NCBI GenBank assembly: GCA_036266795.1 | Contig: DATAXJ010000025.1 | Coordinates: 101,632 to 165,631, forward strand | Source: Steroidobacteraceae bacterium | Lineage (GTDB): Bacteria > Pseudomonadota > Gammaproteobacteria > Steroidobacterales > Steroidobacteraceae | Reading direction: 5' to 3' | DNA length: 64,000 nt | Shown here: positions 24,159-34,247 of the stretch, in pieces | Position numbering within the stretch: position 1 is the stretch's first letter | Layout of the letters: each line of letters starts with the position of its first letter | Notes under the pieces: generated by a model | The model's input: only the letters and a program-made list of their open reading frames with translations | Database searches by the model: none | Told to the model about the DNA's origin: nothing | Made by a program: the position numbers and the translations under genes

Positions 24159-25753
24159 TAGGTGCGCAGCGCCGGCGGCGGCGGCGTGTATTGATAGAGC
24201 CAGGTTTCGCTGAGCGGCTGGCTACCGAGTGCCAGAAACAAGCGCAGATTGATCGGCTCGCTACTCGCGTCGGTGAGCTTCAGATCGAACATGGCACGCC
24301 AGCCGCGCACCTGCTGCAGGGGTCGTGCGGATAGCAGCTCGATCTGCCCGCGCGAAGTGCTGACCATGGCCTGCACCTCGGCGCCGGCGGCGAGCATGGA
24401 GAAATCCCCGCCCACGAAGTCAACGACGAACCGCCACGAAAAGTAGCTGCGCTTCTGGCCGACGACGCCACCGATACCGGTGCGCGTCGCATAGACCTGC
24501 GCCAGGTGGCAGGGCGTCGGATTATAGCGGCACCAATACAGCCGATAGGCGAACAGCAGCTCCTGCCCGGCTTGCGGCTTGGCGGCCGGATTCCAGAACG
24601 CCACGATGTTATCGAAGGTCTCGTCGGCTGCAGGAATCTCCACGAGCATGACCGAGCCATGCCCCCAGTTGCTCTTGGGCTCGACCCAGACGCTCGGACG
24701 CAGGTTATAGAACACCCCGTCATCCTGGTAGTCGGCGAAACGCCGGTCGCGCTGCATGAGGCCGAAGCCGCGCGGTGCATTGTCGAAGAAGGAGTTCACG
24801 CGCACGACGTTGGGATTGACCAGCGGTCGCCATAGCCACTCACCGGCACCGTTGTGGATCTGCAGGCCGTCGGAATCGTGAATCGCGGGGCGCCAATCCT
24901 CGGACAGCCGGTGCTGGCTCTGGTCGTAGTAGAACATGCTGGTGCCCGGCGCGATCCCCAGCCGCTCGATGGCCCGACGCGGATAGAGCGCCGCATCCAC
25001 GTCCATGACCAGGGTATCGCCCGTCCCGATGATGAAGCGATAGGCGCCGGTGGTGCTGGGCGAGTCGAGCAGCCCATACACGGTCAGCTGGCTGGAATCG
25101 GGCGAGGGCCGCTCCAGATAATAGGCAACGAAGTCGGGGAACTCCTCGGGCTGGGGCAGGCCGGTGTCGATGGCCAGCCCGCGCTGTGACATGCCGTACT
25201 GCATGTCACCGTCGACCGCGCGAAAATAGGATGCGCCCTGGAAAGCGGCAATATCGCGCTGCCAGTCGCTATGAAACAGCAGCCTAAAGCCCGCGAAACC
25301 GAGTTCGGGGGACAGGCGACGCCAGTTCACGCCGCTGCGCGTGTAGTCGAACAGCGCCGGATCGAAGGCCAGCTGCTGCGCCATGCCACCGGTGACCTCG
25401 TAGAGCCGCACGGGCTTCTTGACCGTGAAGCCGAGGTGAAAGAAACGCGCCTGGAAGCGCAGCCCCTCGTTGGCCCAGAGCGAGTGATCCTCGCGGAATT
25501 GGATCGACTCCCACTGATCCCAGCTCAGGTGCGCGATCGGCGCCGGCAGCTGAGTGGTCGGTCCACGGTACGCCGTGGCCGCCATCGAGCGCGCCAGACC
25601 CTTGAGGCGGGCATAGTCAAAGGGCTGCGCAGCCCCCAGTCGCTTGAGCCCCCCGGGGCGCGGCGCGGGGCGCTCCGCGGCACCCAGGGCTGCGGGAAAG
25701 CGTGCGGCAGCCGCCAGAACGGCGCCGGACTGCAAAAATCGACGGCGGGACAT
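24155..25753 (-). CDS. opgD: Periplasmic glucan biosynthesis protein (OpgD/MdoD type, Tat signal)
   Basis: 532 aa; MSRRRFLQSGAVLAAAA twin-arginine leader; MdoG/MdoD family body. Confidence 0.85.
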   Translation of the reverse strand: MSRRRFLQSGAVLAAAARFPAALGAAERPAPRPGGLKRLGAAQPFDYARLKGLARSMAATAYRGPTTQLPAPIAHLSWDQWESIQFREDHSLWANEGLRFQARFFHLGFTVKKPVRLYEVTGGMAQQLAFDPALFDYTRSGVNWRRLSPELGFAGFRLLFHSDWQRDIAAFQGASYFRAVDGDMQYGMSQRGLAIDTGLPQPEEFPDFVAYYLERPSPDSSQLTVYGLLDSPSTTGAYRFIIGTGDTLVMDVDAALYPRRAIERLGIAPGTSMFYYDQSQHRLSEDWRPAIHDSDGLQIHNGAGEWLWRPLVNPNVVRVNSFFDNAPRGFGLMQRDRRFADYQDDGVFYNLRPSVWVEPKSNWGHGSVMLVEIPAADETFDNIVAFWNPAAKPQAGQELLFAYRLYWCRYNPTPCHLAQVYATRTGIGGVVGQKRSYFSWRFVVDFVGGDFSMLAAGAEVQAMVSTSRGQIELLSARPLQQVRGWRAMFDLKLTDASSEPINLRLFLALGSQPLSETWLYQYTPPPPALRTY

Positions 25754-25943
25754 GCGCTCATTGTAGCGCGAGGGTTACGGCAACGCTGACCGCCAACGCC
25801 GCTCGTCGGCTTCGTGAAAGGCTGCCGTCCGCCCTGCCGTGCGGCTGATTGACAGCGGCGCCGGGTGATCGTATTAGCGGCGGTCGCCGACCGGGAGGCG
25901 CGGCTATAATTGCCGGCCCCTCCCCGCTCACGGAGTCCGCCGC

Positions 25944-27212
25944 ATGAACAGCGCCATTCGCACGGTGCGTGCCCTGGAGATTCTCGACTCGCGCGGCACC
26001 CCGACGCTGCGCGTCGCCGTGCATCTGGAGAACGGCCTCATTGGCACGGCCTCGGTGCCCTCAGGCGCCTCCACGGGCGAGCATGAGGCCGTGGAGCTGC
26101 GCGACGGCGATGCCGCGCGCTATGGCGGCAAGGGCGTACGCCGCGCGGTCGCCAACGTCAATGAGCTCATCGCGCCGCGCCTCATCGGCGCCGATCCGGC
26201 TGAGCAGGGACGACTGGATCTGCTGATGCTCGAGCTTGACGGCACGCCCAACAAATCCCGCCTGGGCGCGAACGCCATCCTCGGTGTCTCGCAGGCACTG
26301 GCCTGTGCCGCAGCGGCCGCCGCCGGGCTACCGCTGTATGCCTATCTCGGCGGCGCCGGGGCGCGCCGCCTGCCCGTCCCGCTGATGAACGTGATCAATG
26401 GAGGCAAGCACGCGGACTCGAGCCTGGATCTGCAGGAGTTCATGATCGTGCCGCACGGGGCCTCGAGCTTTTCGGAGGCGCTACGCCACGGCGCGGAAAC
26501 CTTCCAGGCGCTCAAGGGACTACTGCACCAGCGTGGCCTGAGCACCGCGGTGGGGGACGAAGGCGGGTTCGCCCCGCAGCTGCAGAGCAACGAGCAGGCC
26601 TGCGAGCTGATCGTGCTGGCGATCGAGCGGGCCAAGCTCAAGCCTGGCAAGGACGTCTCGATCGCGCTGGATGCCGCCGCCTCCTCGTTCTTCGAGGCAG
26701 GCAGCTATCGGCTGACGCGCAGCCGTCAAGGCGACAAGAGCGCGGAGCAGATGACTGAGCTGTATCGCAGCTGGGCCGAACGCTACCCGATCATCTCGCT
26801 GGAGGATGGCCTGGCCGAAAATGACTGGCAGGGCTTTCGCGCCCAGACCGAAGCACTTGGTCAGCGCATGCAGATCGTCGGCGATGACCTGCTGGTCACC
26901 AATCCCATCTATATCCGGCGCGCCATCAGCGAGCGCGCCTGCACCGCGGCGCTGATCAAACTGAACCAGATCGGCACGGTCAGCGAGACCATCGATGCGA
27001 TCAGCCTGTGCCGTCGCGCTGGTTGGGGCTTCATTATTTCCCACCGCTCGGGCGAGACCGAGGACGGCTTCATCGCCGATTTCGCCGTGGCCATGGGCGG
27101 CGGTCAGATCAAGACCGGCTCGCTGTGTCGTTCCGAGCGCATTGCCAAATACAACCGCCTGCTGGAGATCGAGCAGGAGCTGGGCCCGGCAGCCCTGTAC
27201 GGCAACAACTGA
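25944..27212 (+). CDS. eno: Enolase (phosphopyruvate hydratase)
   Basis: 422 aa; [70 protein letters not shown]. Confidence 0.9.
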   Translation: MNSAIRTVRALEILDSRGTPTLRVAVHLENGLIGTASVPSGASTGEHEAVELRDGDAARYGGKGVRRAVANVNELIAPRLIGADPAEQGRLDLLMLELDGTPNKSRLGANAILGVSQALACAAAAAAGLPLYAYLGGAGARRLPVPLMNVINGGKHADSSLDLQEFMIVPHGASSFSEALRHGAETFQALKGLLHQRGLSTAVGDEGGFAPQLQSNEQACELIVLAIERAKLKPGKDVSIALDAAASSFFEAGSYRLTRSRQGDKSAEQMTELYRSWAERYPIISLEDGLAENDWQGFRAQTEALGQRMQIVGDDLLVTNPIYIRRAISERACTAALIKLNQIGTVSETIDAISLCRRAGWGFIISHRSGETEDGFIADFAVAMGGGQIKTGSLCRSERIAKYNRLLEIEQELGPAALYGNN

Positions 27213-27233
27213 GACAACTAGACTGCCGATCAC

Positions 27234-27285
27234 GGCGATGGCATACCTCCCTGAACCGTCGCTCTGCGGCTGAAGATGCCGCGAC
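27234..27285 (+). promoter_or_regulatory. Candidate fluoride riboswitch (crcB motif) in the eno-crcB spacer
   Basis: GGCGAUGGCAUACCUCC-CUGAACC-GUCGC-UCU-GCGGC-UGAAGAUGCC-GCGAC. It resembles the known pattern GGnGAUGGnnUnCnCC...AACCGC(stem)GCUGAUGAUGCCUAC. Loop GGCAU (27241-27245) is complementary to AUGCC (27276-27280), which would form the pseudoknot. There are two deviations from the consensus. Confidence 0.6.
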
Positions 27286-27298
27286 GGAGGGACGGATA

Positions 27299-27766
27299 AT
27301 GTGGAAGTCGGTCATTGCCATTTCCATCGGCGCCACCGCTGGCGCGCTGCTGCGCTGGGTACTGGGCAATCGGCTCAATGCCCTTTTCCCGACATTGCCA
27401 CTGGGTACGCTGGCGGCCAATCTCATAGGCGGCTACATCATCGGGGCTGCCTTGGCCTTCTTCGCAGTGTTCTCGACGCTGGCACCGGAATGGCGCCTGC
27501 TGGTCATCACCGGCTTCTGCGGCGGCCTGACGACTTTCTCCACCTTCTCGGCCGAAGTCACCACCCTGATGCAGCAGGGGCGCATGCTCGCCGCCGGCGC
27601 CGTGATCGGCACACACCTGGCGGGCTCCCTGCTGATGACCTTTGCGGGCATCGGTACGGTCAATTGGCTGCACACGCGCTCGGGGGGCCGCGCAGTCGAC
27701 ACGGCGCTGCAGATGTCGGCGCGCAGCGCGACCCCTACGGCCGCGCCGGGGGATGAAACAGTATGA
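27299..27766 (+). CDS. crcB: Fluoride ion channel CrcB/FluC (with a roughly 30-aa C-terminal extension)
   Basis: [20 protein letters not shown]...[14 protein letters not shown]...[15 protein letters not shown]; GGAGG at 27286-27290. Confidence 0.85.
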   Translation: MWKSVIAISIGATAGALLRWVLGNRLNALFPTLPLGTLAANLIGGYIIGAALAFFAVFSTLAPEWRLLVITGFCGGLTTFSTFSAEVTTLMQQGRMLAAGAVIGTHLAGSLLMTFAGIGTVNWLHTRSGGRAVDTALQMSARSATPTAAPGDETV

Positions 27767-28104
27767 AGGGCAGCCTGCTGCGATTCCATGTACCCGAGGG
27801 GCAGCGCCATCAGGGCATACTGCTGTGGGAATGGCTGCTGCGCCGGGGCAGCGAGCTCGGGGCACGCGGCGGCTCGGCGCTTCGGCCCGTCGCCGGATTC
27901 GGGCGCCACCACGTGCTGCACGAGCAGAAATTCTTCGAGCTCGCCGGCAGCCTCACTGTAGAAGTCGAATTACTGCTGAGCGAGGAGCAGCTGCAGCGGC
28001 TGCTCGAGTTGCTGGAAAGTACCACCATCCGTCTGTTCTTCACGCGTACCGAGGTGACTTTTGGCATCGTCAACCCGGATGCGGAGGATGATCGATTAAC
28101 GTGA
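27763..28104 (+). CDS. DUF190 domain protein (commonly linked to crcB)
   Basis: 113 aa; ATGA overlap with the crcB stop; ...[31 protein letters not shown]... Confidence 0.75.
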   Translation: MKGSLLRFHVPEGQRHQGILLWEWLLRRGSELGARGGSALRPVAGFGRHHVLHEQKFFELAGSLTVEVELLLSEEQLQRLLELLESTTIRLFFTRTEVTFGIVNPDAEDDRLT

Positions 28105-28115
28105 CCCTTTGACGG

Positions 28116-29291
28116 TCAGGCCGTCTGCGCCGCCGCCAGGGCCTGCTGCAGATCCTCCCTCAGGTCCTCCACATCCTCCAGCCCGATCGACAGCCGCACC
28201 GTACCGGGACCGATGCCCGAGAGGCGCTGCTGTTCCTCGGAGAGATCGCGGCTGCCGAGCAGTTGCGGCGGCATGACCAACGATTCGGTGGCTCCGAGGC
28301 TCGGCGTGATGGCGAACAGCTCCAGCGCCTCGGCGAAGCGTCTGCCGGCCTCGGCGCCGCCGCGCAGATCGAAGGTCACGATCGCGCCGAATTCGCTCAT
28401 CTGCGAGCTCGCCAGAGCATGCTGTGGGTCACCGGGCAGCCCCGGGTAGCGCACGCGCTCCACCGTCGGATGTGTCGACAGGAACTCCGCGATGCACAGC
28501 GCCGCGGCCGATTGCGCGCGGTAGCGCACGAAGTAGCTTTTCAAGCCGCGCTGAATCAGGAAGGCGGCATGCGGATCGAGAATGCCGCCGAGCACGGTGA
28601 AGTCCGGCCGCATGGCGCGAATCGTGCGCGCGTCGCCGATCACGGCACCCCCCATGACATCGCCATGACCCGCGACGTACTTGGTGAGGCTGTGCAAATA
28701 GAGATCCACATCGTAGCGTCCGTGCTGGTGCACGCCCGCGAACGTATTGTCCAGCACGGTGAGCGCCCCGTGCGTGCGCGCCAGGCGCGTGATCGCGGCG
28801 ATGTCGGCGATACGATTGACGGGGTTGGTCGGGCTTTCGAATACGACCAGGCGGGTGGGACGCGAGGCGAGCAGCGTCTCGATGCCCGCCAGATCCTCGA
28901 TCGACAGCAGGGAGTGGGCAACGCCGTACTTGCCAAGAATGCGGCGGATGAGCTGACGGGTCGGCCCGTAGCACTCTATGAAGCACAGCACGTGATCCTC
29001 GGCGCGCGTCAGCGACAACAGCGTCTGCGCCACGACCCCGACTCCCGACGCACACACCAGACAATCTTCTCGCCCCTGTAGCTCCGCAAGCGTGAGCTCC
29101 AATTGGCGCGTGGTGGGATTGGCGCTGCGGGAGTAGAAGAATCCCGGACGCTCGCCGCGCAGCGCTTTGAGCGTGTCCTCGACCGTGTCGAACTCGAACT
29201 TGACCGTCTGATGGATCGGCGCCACTACCGGATGGTTGTCGGCTGGCACCTCCACTGTGGGAGGATGATTGACGCGGGTTTCACCCTTCAT
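28116..29291 (-). CDS. PLP-dependent Cys/Met metabolism enzyme (cystathionine gamma-synthase / beta-lyase family)
   Basis: 391 aa; FFYSRSANPT, ESPTNP, HSLTKY (PLP lysine), SLGATESL. Confidence 0.85.
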   Translation of the reverse strand: MKGETRVNHPPTVEVPADNHPVVAPIHQTVKFEFDTVEDTLKALRGERPGFFYSRSANPTTRQLELTLAELQGREDCLVCASGVGVVAQTLLSLTRAEDHVLCFIECYGPTRQLIRRILGKYGVAHSLLSIEDLAGIETLLASRPTRLVVFESPTNPVNRIADIAAITRLARTHGALTVLDNTFAGVHQHGRYDVDLYLHSLTKYVAGHGDVMGGAVIGDARTIRAMRPDFTVLGGILDPHAAFLIQRGLKSYFVRYRAQSAAALCIAEFLSTHPTVERVRYPGLPGDPQHALASSQMSEFGAIVTFDLRGGAEAGRRFAEALELFAITPSLGATESLVMPPQLLGSRDLSEEQQRLSGIGPGTVRLSIGLEDVEDLREDLQQALAAAQTA

Positions 29292-30529
29292 GGACTCGAC
29301 TCCGCGTGCACGGACGCGCCGGCGGCAACCGCTGTGCCGGCAGCGCCCGGCGCGACAGTGCGAGTGCGGGCCCGCGCAAATTCGGCCAGGCGCGCGGCTC
29401 CCGCATCGAGCGTGGCCTCGCGCTTGGCGATGCAGGCGCGCAGCAGTGTCATACGCGGCGGCGGCTGCCGATAGAAGACTGAAACCGGGATCAGCGCGAC
29501 GCCCGCCTGTGTCAGCAGCTCGTCGGCGAACTGCACGTCAGGCAGGCCGCTGATCCGTCCGTAGTCGAGCAACTGGAAAAAAGAGCCCTCCGACGGAGGC
29601 AGCGACCAGGTCGCGCTGCCGGCGCCTATGGCAGCGATGAACCGGTCGCGCCGCGTCGCGAAAAAGGTGCTCAGATCCTCCCCCGTCTGCGGCCGCTCGA
29701 CCAGATAGCGCGCGATGCCCCACTGCAGCGCCGTGGCGATGGTGAAGGTATTGAACTGATGCACCTTGCGCAGCTCACCCGTGAGGGCCGGCGGGGCCAC
29801 GGCATAGCCCACGCGCAGGCCCGTGGCATGCAGCGTCTTGCCGAAGGAGTAGACCGCGACGCTGCGCTCGCGCAGCTCCGGATGGGCGAGCACACTGTGA
29901 TGGCGCAGGCCGTCGAAAACTATGTATTCGTACACCTCGTCGCAGATCACTGCGAGATCGAAGCGCCGCGCGAGCTCGGCCAGTGCCGCCAGATCTTCGG
30001 CCGACGCACAGCTGCAGCCCGGATTGTGCGGCGAATTGAGGATGATGAGCCGCGTGCGTGCATTGCAGGCTGCTGCGATGCGTTGCCAGTCGTGTCGAAA
30101 GCGCGGCGGCTCGAGCGGCACGTGCACGCAGCGCGCTCCGGCGAGTTCGATGGCCGGCTCGTACGAGTCATAGGCGGGGTCGAAGACGATAACCTCATCG
30201 CCAGGCCCGACCAGCGCCTGCACCGTCGAAAAGATGGCCTCCGTGGCGCCGAGCGTCACGGTGATCTCGCGTTCGGCGTCAAAGACGCCGCCGTACCGAG
30301 CCTGCAGGCGCTCGGCGATGACTTCGCGCAGCGCAGCCAGACCGGGCATGGGTGCGTACTGGTTGTGCCCGGCGCGCATCGCCTCGTAGATGAGTTCGGC
30401 GAGCCGCGGGTCCATCTCGTAGTCGGGAAAGCCCTGGCCCAGATTGATCGCGCCGAGCTCGGCGGCGCGACGCGACATGATCGTGAAGATCGTCGTGCCC
30501 ACGCGCGGCAGTTTGCTCGTCAGTGTCAT
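29288..30529 (-). CDS. Class I/II PLP aminotransferase (methionine aminotransferase YbdL-like)
   Basis: Start at MTLTSKLPRVGTTIFTIMS...INLGQGFPD...NQYAPMPG...SFGKTLHATGLRVGY. ATGA overlap with the downstream lyase. The N-terminal 106 codons of ORF 29288..30850 were rejected. Confidence 0.85.
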   Translation of the reverse strand: MTLTSKLPRVGTTIFTIMSRRAAELGAINLGQGFPDYEMDPRLAELIYEAMRAGHNQYAPMPGLAALREVIAERLQARYGGVFDAEREITVTLGATEAIFSTVQALVGPGDEVIVFDPAYDSYEPAIELAGARCVHVPLEPPRFRHDWQRIAAACNARTRLIILNSPHNPGCSCASAEDLAALAELARRFDLAVICDEVYEYIVFDGLRHHSVLAHPELRERSVAVYSFGKTLHATGLRVGYAVAPPALTGELRKVHQFNTFTIATALQWGIARYLVERPQTGEDLSTFFATRRDRFIAAIGAGSATWSLPPSEGSFFQLLDYGRISGLPDVQFADELLTQAGVALIPVSVFYRQPPPRMTLLRACIAKREATLDAGAARLAEFARARTRTVAPGAAGTAVAAGASVHAESSP

Positions 30530-30560
30530 CGACTCGTCCCCATGCACCTCGCCGCCACGC

Positions 30561-31307
30561 TCACCGCTGCGCGCGCACCGCCGCGAACGCGGCACCGACG
30601 ACGCCCGCCTGCGCACCGAAGGCGGCACGGCGGATCTGCGCCGGGCTGTGCAGCAGATGCCCGTACTGATCGAAATCCTCGCTGATGGAGCCGCCGATGA
30701 TGAACAGGTCCGGCCAGAACAGCGCGTGCAGACGTCCCAGATAATCGTTGACGCGGGCGCACCAGGCCGCCCAATCGAGCTTCTCGGTGGTGCGCTCGCG
30801 CGCCGAAGCGATGGTCTCGGCGTCCACACCGTGGAATTCCATGTGGCCAAGTTCGGTATTGGGTACGAGCTCGCCGTTCAGAAACAGCCCCGAGCCGATA
30901 CCGGTGCCAAAGGTCAACAGCAGAACCACTCCCTTGACGCCGCGCCCCGCGCCGGCCTCGATCTCCGCCAGCCCCGCCGCGTCCGCGTCGTTGATGAACA
31001 CCACCGGCCTGCCGAGAAGCCCCGCGAGATGCTCACCGCCGGCGAAGCCGATCCAGGCCTTGTCTACGTTGGCCGCGGTGCGTGCGATGCCATGCTGGAT
31101 GACCGACGGGAAGGCCAGGCCGACCGGACCGCGTGCCACCAGTTGTTCATCGATGCGCGCGCAGGCCTGCAGCACCGACTGCGGCGTGGAAGGCGTGGGA
31201 GTTGGCACGACCAGCAACGGCGTCACCGTGCGGCCCTGCTCGATGTCCACCAGCGCCGCCTTGATGGAGGAGCCACCAACGTCCAACCCCAGTACGGTCT
31301 GTGTCAT
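30561..31307 (-). CDS. ppgK: ROK-family polyphosphate glucokinase
   Basis: Start MTQTVLGLDVGGSSIKAALVD (GGAGGG upstream); ...INDADAAGLAE...GTGIGSGLF.NG.LVPNTELGH. Confidence 0.8.
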   Translation of the reverse strand: MTQTVLGLDVGGSSIKAALVDIEQGRTVTPLLVVPTPTPSTPQSVLQACARIDEQLVARGPVGLAFPSVIQHGIARTAANVDKAWIGFAGGEHLAGLLGRPVVFINDADAAGLAEIEAGAGRGVKGVVLLLTFGTGIGSGLFLNGELVPNTELGHMEFHGVDAETIASARERTTEKLDWAAWCARVNDYLGRLHALFWPDLFIIGGSISEDFDQYGHLLHSPAQIRRAAFGAQAGVVGAAFAAVRAQR

Positions 31308-32185
31308 GAGCCCTCCGTCATGAGTTGCCCCTGCGCCAGCTGCAGCTCGCGAGCTCGCCGGCGGTCGCCGTGCTTGCGCCACAGCGTCGAGCCAATCACC
31401 CCGGTCGCCACCAGTGTAATCAGCAGCGTCGCGAGGGCATTCACATCGGGGCTGACCCCGAGGCGGACCTTGGAAAATATTACCATCGGCAGGGTGCTCG
31501 AGCCCGGGCCGGCCACGAACTGCGAGATGACCACATCATCCCACGAGAGCGTAAACGACAACAGCCAACCCGACAGCAGTGCCGGCGCGATCAGCGGCAG
31601 GGTGATGCGACGGAAGACGTGCGCTGGGGTTGCGCCCAGATCCAGGGCTGCCTCCTCGAGCGAGCGATCGAAACCGGCGAGGCGCGCCTGCACGATGATG
31701 GCCACGTAGGAGACTGAAAAGCTGATGTGCGCGAGCACGATCGTGGTTGCGTCGCGTCGCGCCGGCCAGCCGAGCAGCTGCTGCAGGGCGATGAACAGCA
31801 GCAGCAGCGAGAGGCCAGTGATGATCTCGGGCATCACCAGGGGCGCGGTTGTCAGTGCCGAGAGCAATGCGCGGCCGCGAAAGCGGCCCAGGCGCGTCAG
31901 CGCGAATCCGGCCAAGGTCCCGAGCACGACGGCCCCGCAGGCATTGAGCGTTGCGATCAGCACCGACAGCCGCGCCGCCTGCAGAATCTGCGCATTGTGG
32001 AACAGCTCGACGTACCAATGCAGCGTTGGGGAATGCGCCGCATCCCACACCGTCACGAGGCGCGACGCATTGAAGGAGAACACCACCAGCGAGACGATGG
32101 GCAGGTAGAGAAACGCCAGGCCCAGCGCCAGCGCGCCGGGCAGCAGCAAGGGTCTGCGTATCCGGCCGTGCATGCGGCCGCTCAT
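31304..32185 (-). CDS. potI: Putrescine/spermidine ABC transporter permease
   Basis: Start MSGRMHG... overlaps the potH stop (ATGA at 32182-32185). ABC permease EAA-like segment LEEAALDLGATP...FRRITLPL. Confidence 0.85.
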   Translation of the reverse strand: MSGRMHGRIRRPLLLPGALALGLAFLYLPIVSLVVFSFNASRLVTVWDAAHSPTLHWYVELFHNAQILQAARLSVLIATLNACGAVVLGTLAGFALTRLGRFRGRALLSALTTAPLVMPEIITGLSLLLLFIALQQLLGWPARRDATTIVLAHISFSVSYVAIIVQARLAGFDRSLEEAALDLGATPAHVFRRITLPLIAPALLSGWLLSFTLSWDDVVISQFVAGPGSSTLPMVIFSKVRLGVSPDVNALATLLITLVATGVIGSTLWRKHGDRRRARELQLAQGQLMTEGS

Positions 32186-33090
32186 GCCGCGAGTTCCCGA
32201 CCGCGGTAGCGCTGCAGCACCAGGATCGGCGCGAGCAGCAGCACCAGCAGCAGCAGTGCCAGCGCACTCGCCACCGGCCAATCGCGATTCTCGAAGAACT
32301 CGGTCGAGATGACGCGGCCGATCATCAGTTGACTGGCGGGACCGAGGAGCGAAGGAATCACGAATTCCCCGACCGCCGGAATGAATACCAGCAGCACCCC
32401 GGCGATGATGCCCGGCACCGACAACGGCAGTGTGATGCGCCGAAACCGCTGCCATGGCCGGGCACCCAGGTCGGCGGCCGCCTCCAGCAGTGCCATGTCG
32501 TGCTTCTCGAGATTGGCGTACAGCGGCAGGACCATGAAGGGCAGGTACGAGTAAACGATTCCGACATAGACGGCAAAGGTCGTGTTGACCATCGTCAACG
32601 GCCGATGACTGAGATGCAGAGCCTGCAGCAGGTGGTTGATGACACCATCATCCTGCAGCAGGCCGATCCAGGCATACACACGCAGCAGGAAGGAGGTCCA
32701 GAACGGCAGGATGATCGCCATCAGCAGCAGGTGACGTCGCTCGGGCGCCGCTCGTGCGATCGACAGCGCCATGGGATAGCCCAGCAGCAGACAGCACAGC
32801 GTCGAGCCGGCCGCCACGCGCAGCGAATACAGCAACGAGTCGGCGTACAACGGATCGCTGAACAGCAGTCGATAGTTGTCCAGGTGCGCGTGCAGCGCGG
32901 CTCCATGCCCGCGCACCCATTCGATCAGTGGCGTGTAGGGCGGCATCGCCAGCCGCGCCTCGGCGAAGGAGATCTTCAGTACGATCACGAAGGGGATCAA
33001 AAAGAACAGCGACAGCCAGAGCATCGGCACGCCCGCCACGAGGGTGCGGGAGGCGCGCGTCACCCCTGCCCCCGAGCCCTGCGCGCTCAA
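32182..33090 (-). CDS. potH: Putrescine/spermidine ABC transporter permease
   Basis: 302 aa; ...LLEAAADLGARPWQRFRRITLPLS.... Confidence 0.85.
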   Translation of the reverse strand: MSAQGSGAGVTRASRTLVAGVPMLWLSLFFLIPFVIVLKISFAEARLAMPPYTPLIEWVRGHGAALHAHLDNYRLLFSDPLYADSLLYSLRVAAGSTLCCLLLGYPMALSIARAAPERRHLLLMAIILPFWTSFLLRVYAWIGLLQDDGVINHLLQALHLSHRPLTMVNTTFAVYVGIVYSYLPFMVLPLYANLEKHDMALLEAAADLGARPWQRFRRITLPLSVPGIIAGVLLVFIPAVGEFVIPSLLGPASQLMIGRVISTEFFENRDWPVASALALLLLVLLLAPILVLQRYRGRELAA

Positions 33091-34247
33091 GCGGCACCGG
33101 CCACGGCGGCATCGCCGCGCCAGCTCAGGTACACGGGCTCATCGCGCGTCGGCACGGGCGCATCGCCGCGAGCGGCATTCGTCAGTGTGACGCGCAGCTC
33201 CCGGCCGGAGCTCAGGCGCACCAGCACCACCGACACTTCACCACGATAGGCGACTTCGCGCACCACACCCTGTGCCCAGTTGTGCGCCTGCGCCGGCGCG
33301 CTGCGCGACAGGCTGATCTGCTCGGGCCGCAGCGCAACCCACAAAAGCCCCCCGGCGCCCGGTCCTTCGACGGCAACGCCCGCGCAGCGCTGCACCAGCA
33401 GCGGCGCGGGCAGCTCTGCACAGCGCAGCAGCAGGCCGGCGGCGCCGCGCTCCTGCACCTGTCCCTCCAGCATGTTCACCGAGCCGACGAAGTCGGCCAC
33501 AAAACGCGTGGCGGGTTGCTCGTAGATCTCGCGCGCAGAGCCCACCTGCACCAGTGCACCGTGATTCATGACACCGATGCGCGTGGCCAGCGTCATTGCC
33601 TCCTCCTGATCGTGGGTGACGACGATGAAGGTCACCCCGAGCTGCTGCTGCACATTGATCAACTCGAACTGGGTGTGCTCGCGCAGCTTGCGGTCCAGCG
33701 CCGCGAGCGGCTCGTCGAGCAGCAGGAGCTTCGGGCGTTTGACCAGCGCCCGGGCCAGTGCGACGCGCTGACGTTGCCCGCCGGAGAGCTGGTGGGGCCT
33801 GCGCGCGCGATACTCGCCCATGCGCACCACCTCGAGAATCTCGCCGACACGGCGGTGGATCTCATCGCGCCCCAGGTGCTCCTGCTCGAGGCCGAAGGCA
33901 ACATTGCGCTCCACGCTCATGTGCGGGAAGAGCGCATAGGATTGGAACATCATGTTCAGCGGACGCCGGTAGGGCGGCACCTGCGTCAAATCCTGGCCAT
34001 CGAGCATCAGCCGGCCGCTGCTCGGGGTCTCAAACCCCGCCAGCATGCGCAGCAGCGTCGTCTTGCCACTGCCCGATGCGCCGAGCAGACAGAAGATCTC
34101 TCCACGCGCGATTTCCAGGCAGACCCGATCGACCGCGAGGAAATCACCGAAGCGCTTGCTGAGCTCCACCAGCCGCACGTAGTCCGCGCCGCCAGCCCCG
34201 CTGCTCACGTGCCCGCTGGTCACGTGCCGGTCTTGAAGTGGGTCCAA
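33087..34247 (-). CDS. potG: Putrescine/spermidine ABC transporter ATP-binding protein
   Basis: 386 aa; Walker A GASGSGKTT, signature LSGGQRQRVALARAL, Walker B LLLLDEPL. Confidence 0.85.
   Translation of the reverse strand: MDPLQDRHVTSGHVSSGAGGADYVRLVELSKRFGDFLAVDRVCLEIARGEIFCLLGASGSGKTTLLRMLAGFETPSSGRLMLDGQDLTQVPPYRRPLNMMFQSYALFPHMSVERNVAFGLEQEHLGRDEIHRRVGEILEVVRMGEYRARRPHQLSGGQRQRVALARALVKRPKLLLLDEPLAALDRKLREHTQFELINVQQQLGVTFIVVTHDQEEAMTLATRIGVMNHGALVQVGSAREIYEQPATRFVADFVGSVNMLEGQVQERGAAGLLLRCAELPAPLLVQRCAGVAVEGPGAGGLLWVALRPEQISLSRSAPAQAHNWAQGVVREVAYRGEVSVVLVRLSSGRELRVTLTNAARGDAPVPTRDEPVYLSWRGDAAVAGAA

Noticed and set aside
25754-25943. A fluoride riboswitch upstream of eno.
   Set aside because: I looked for GGnGAUGG...CUGAUGAUGCCUAC-like sequence in the opgD-eno spacer and found none. 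Only a TATAAT-like box appears, near 25905. The aptamer-like sequence lies downstream of eno instead.
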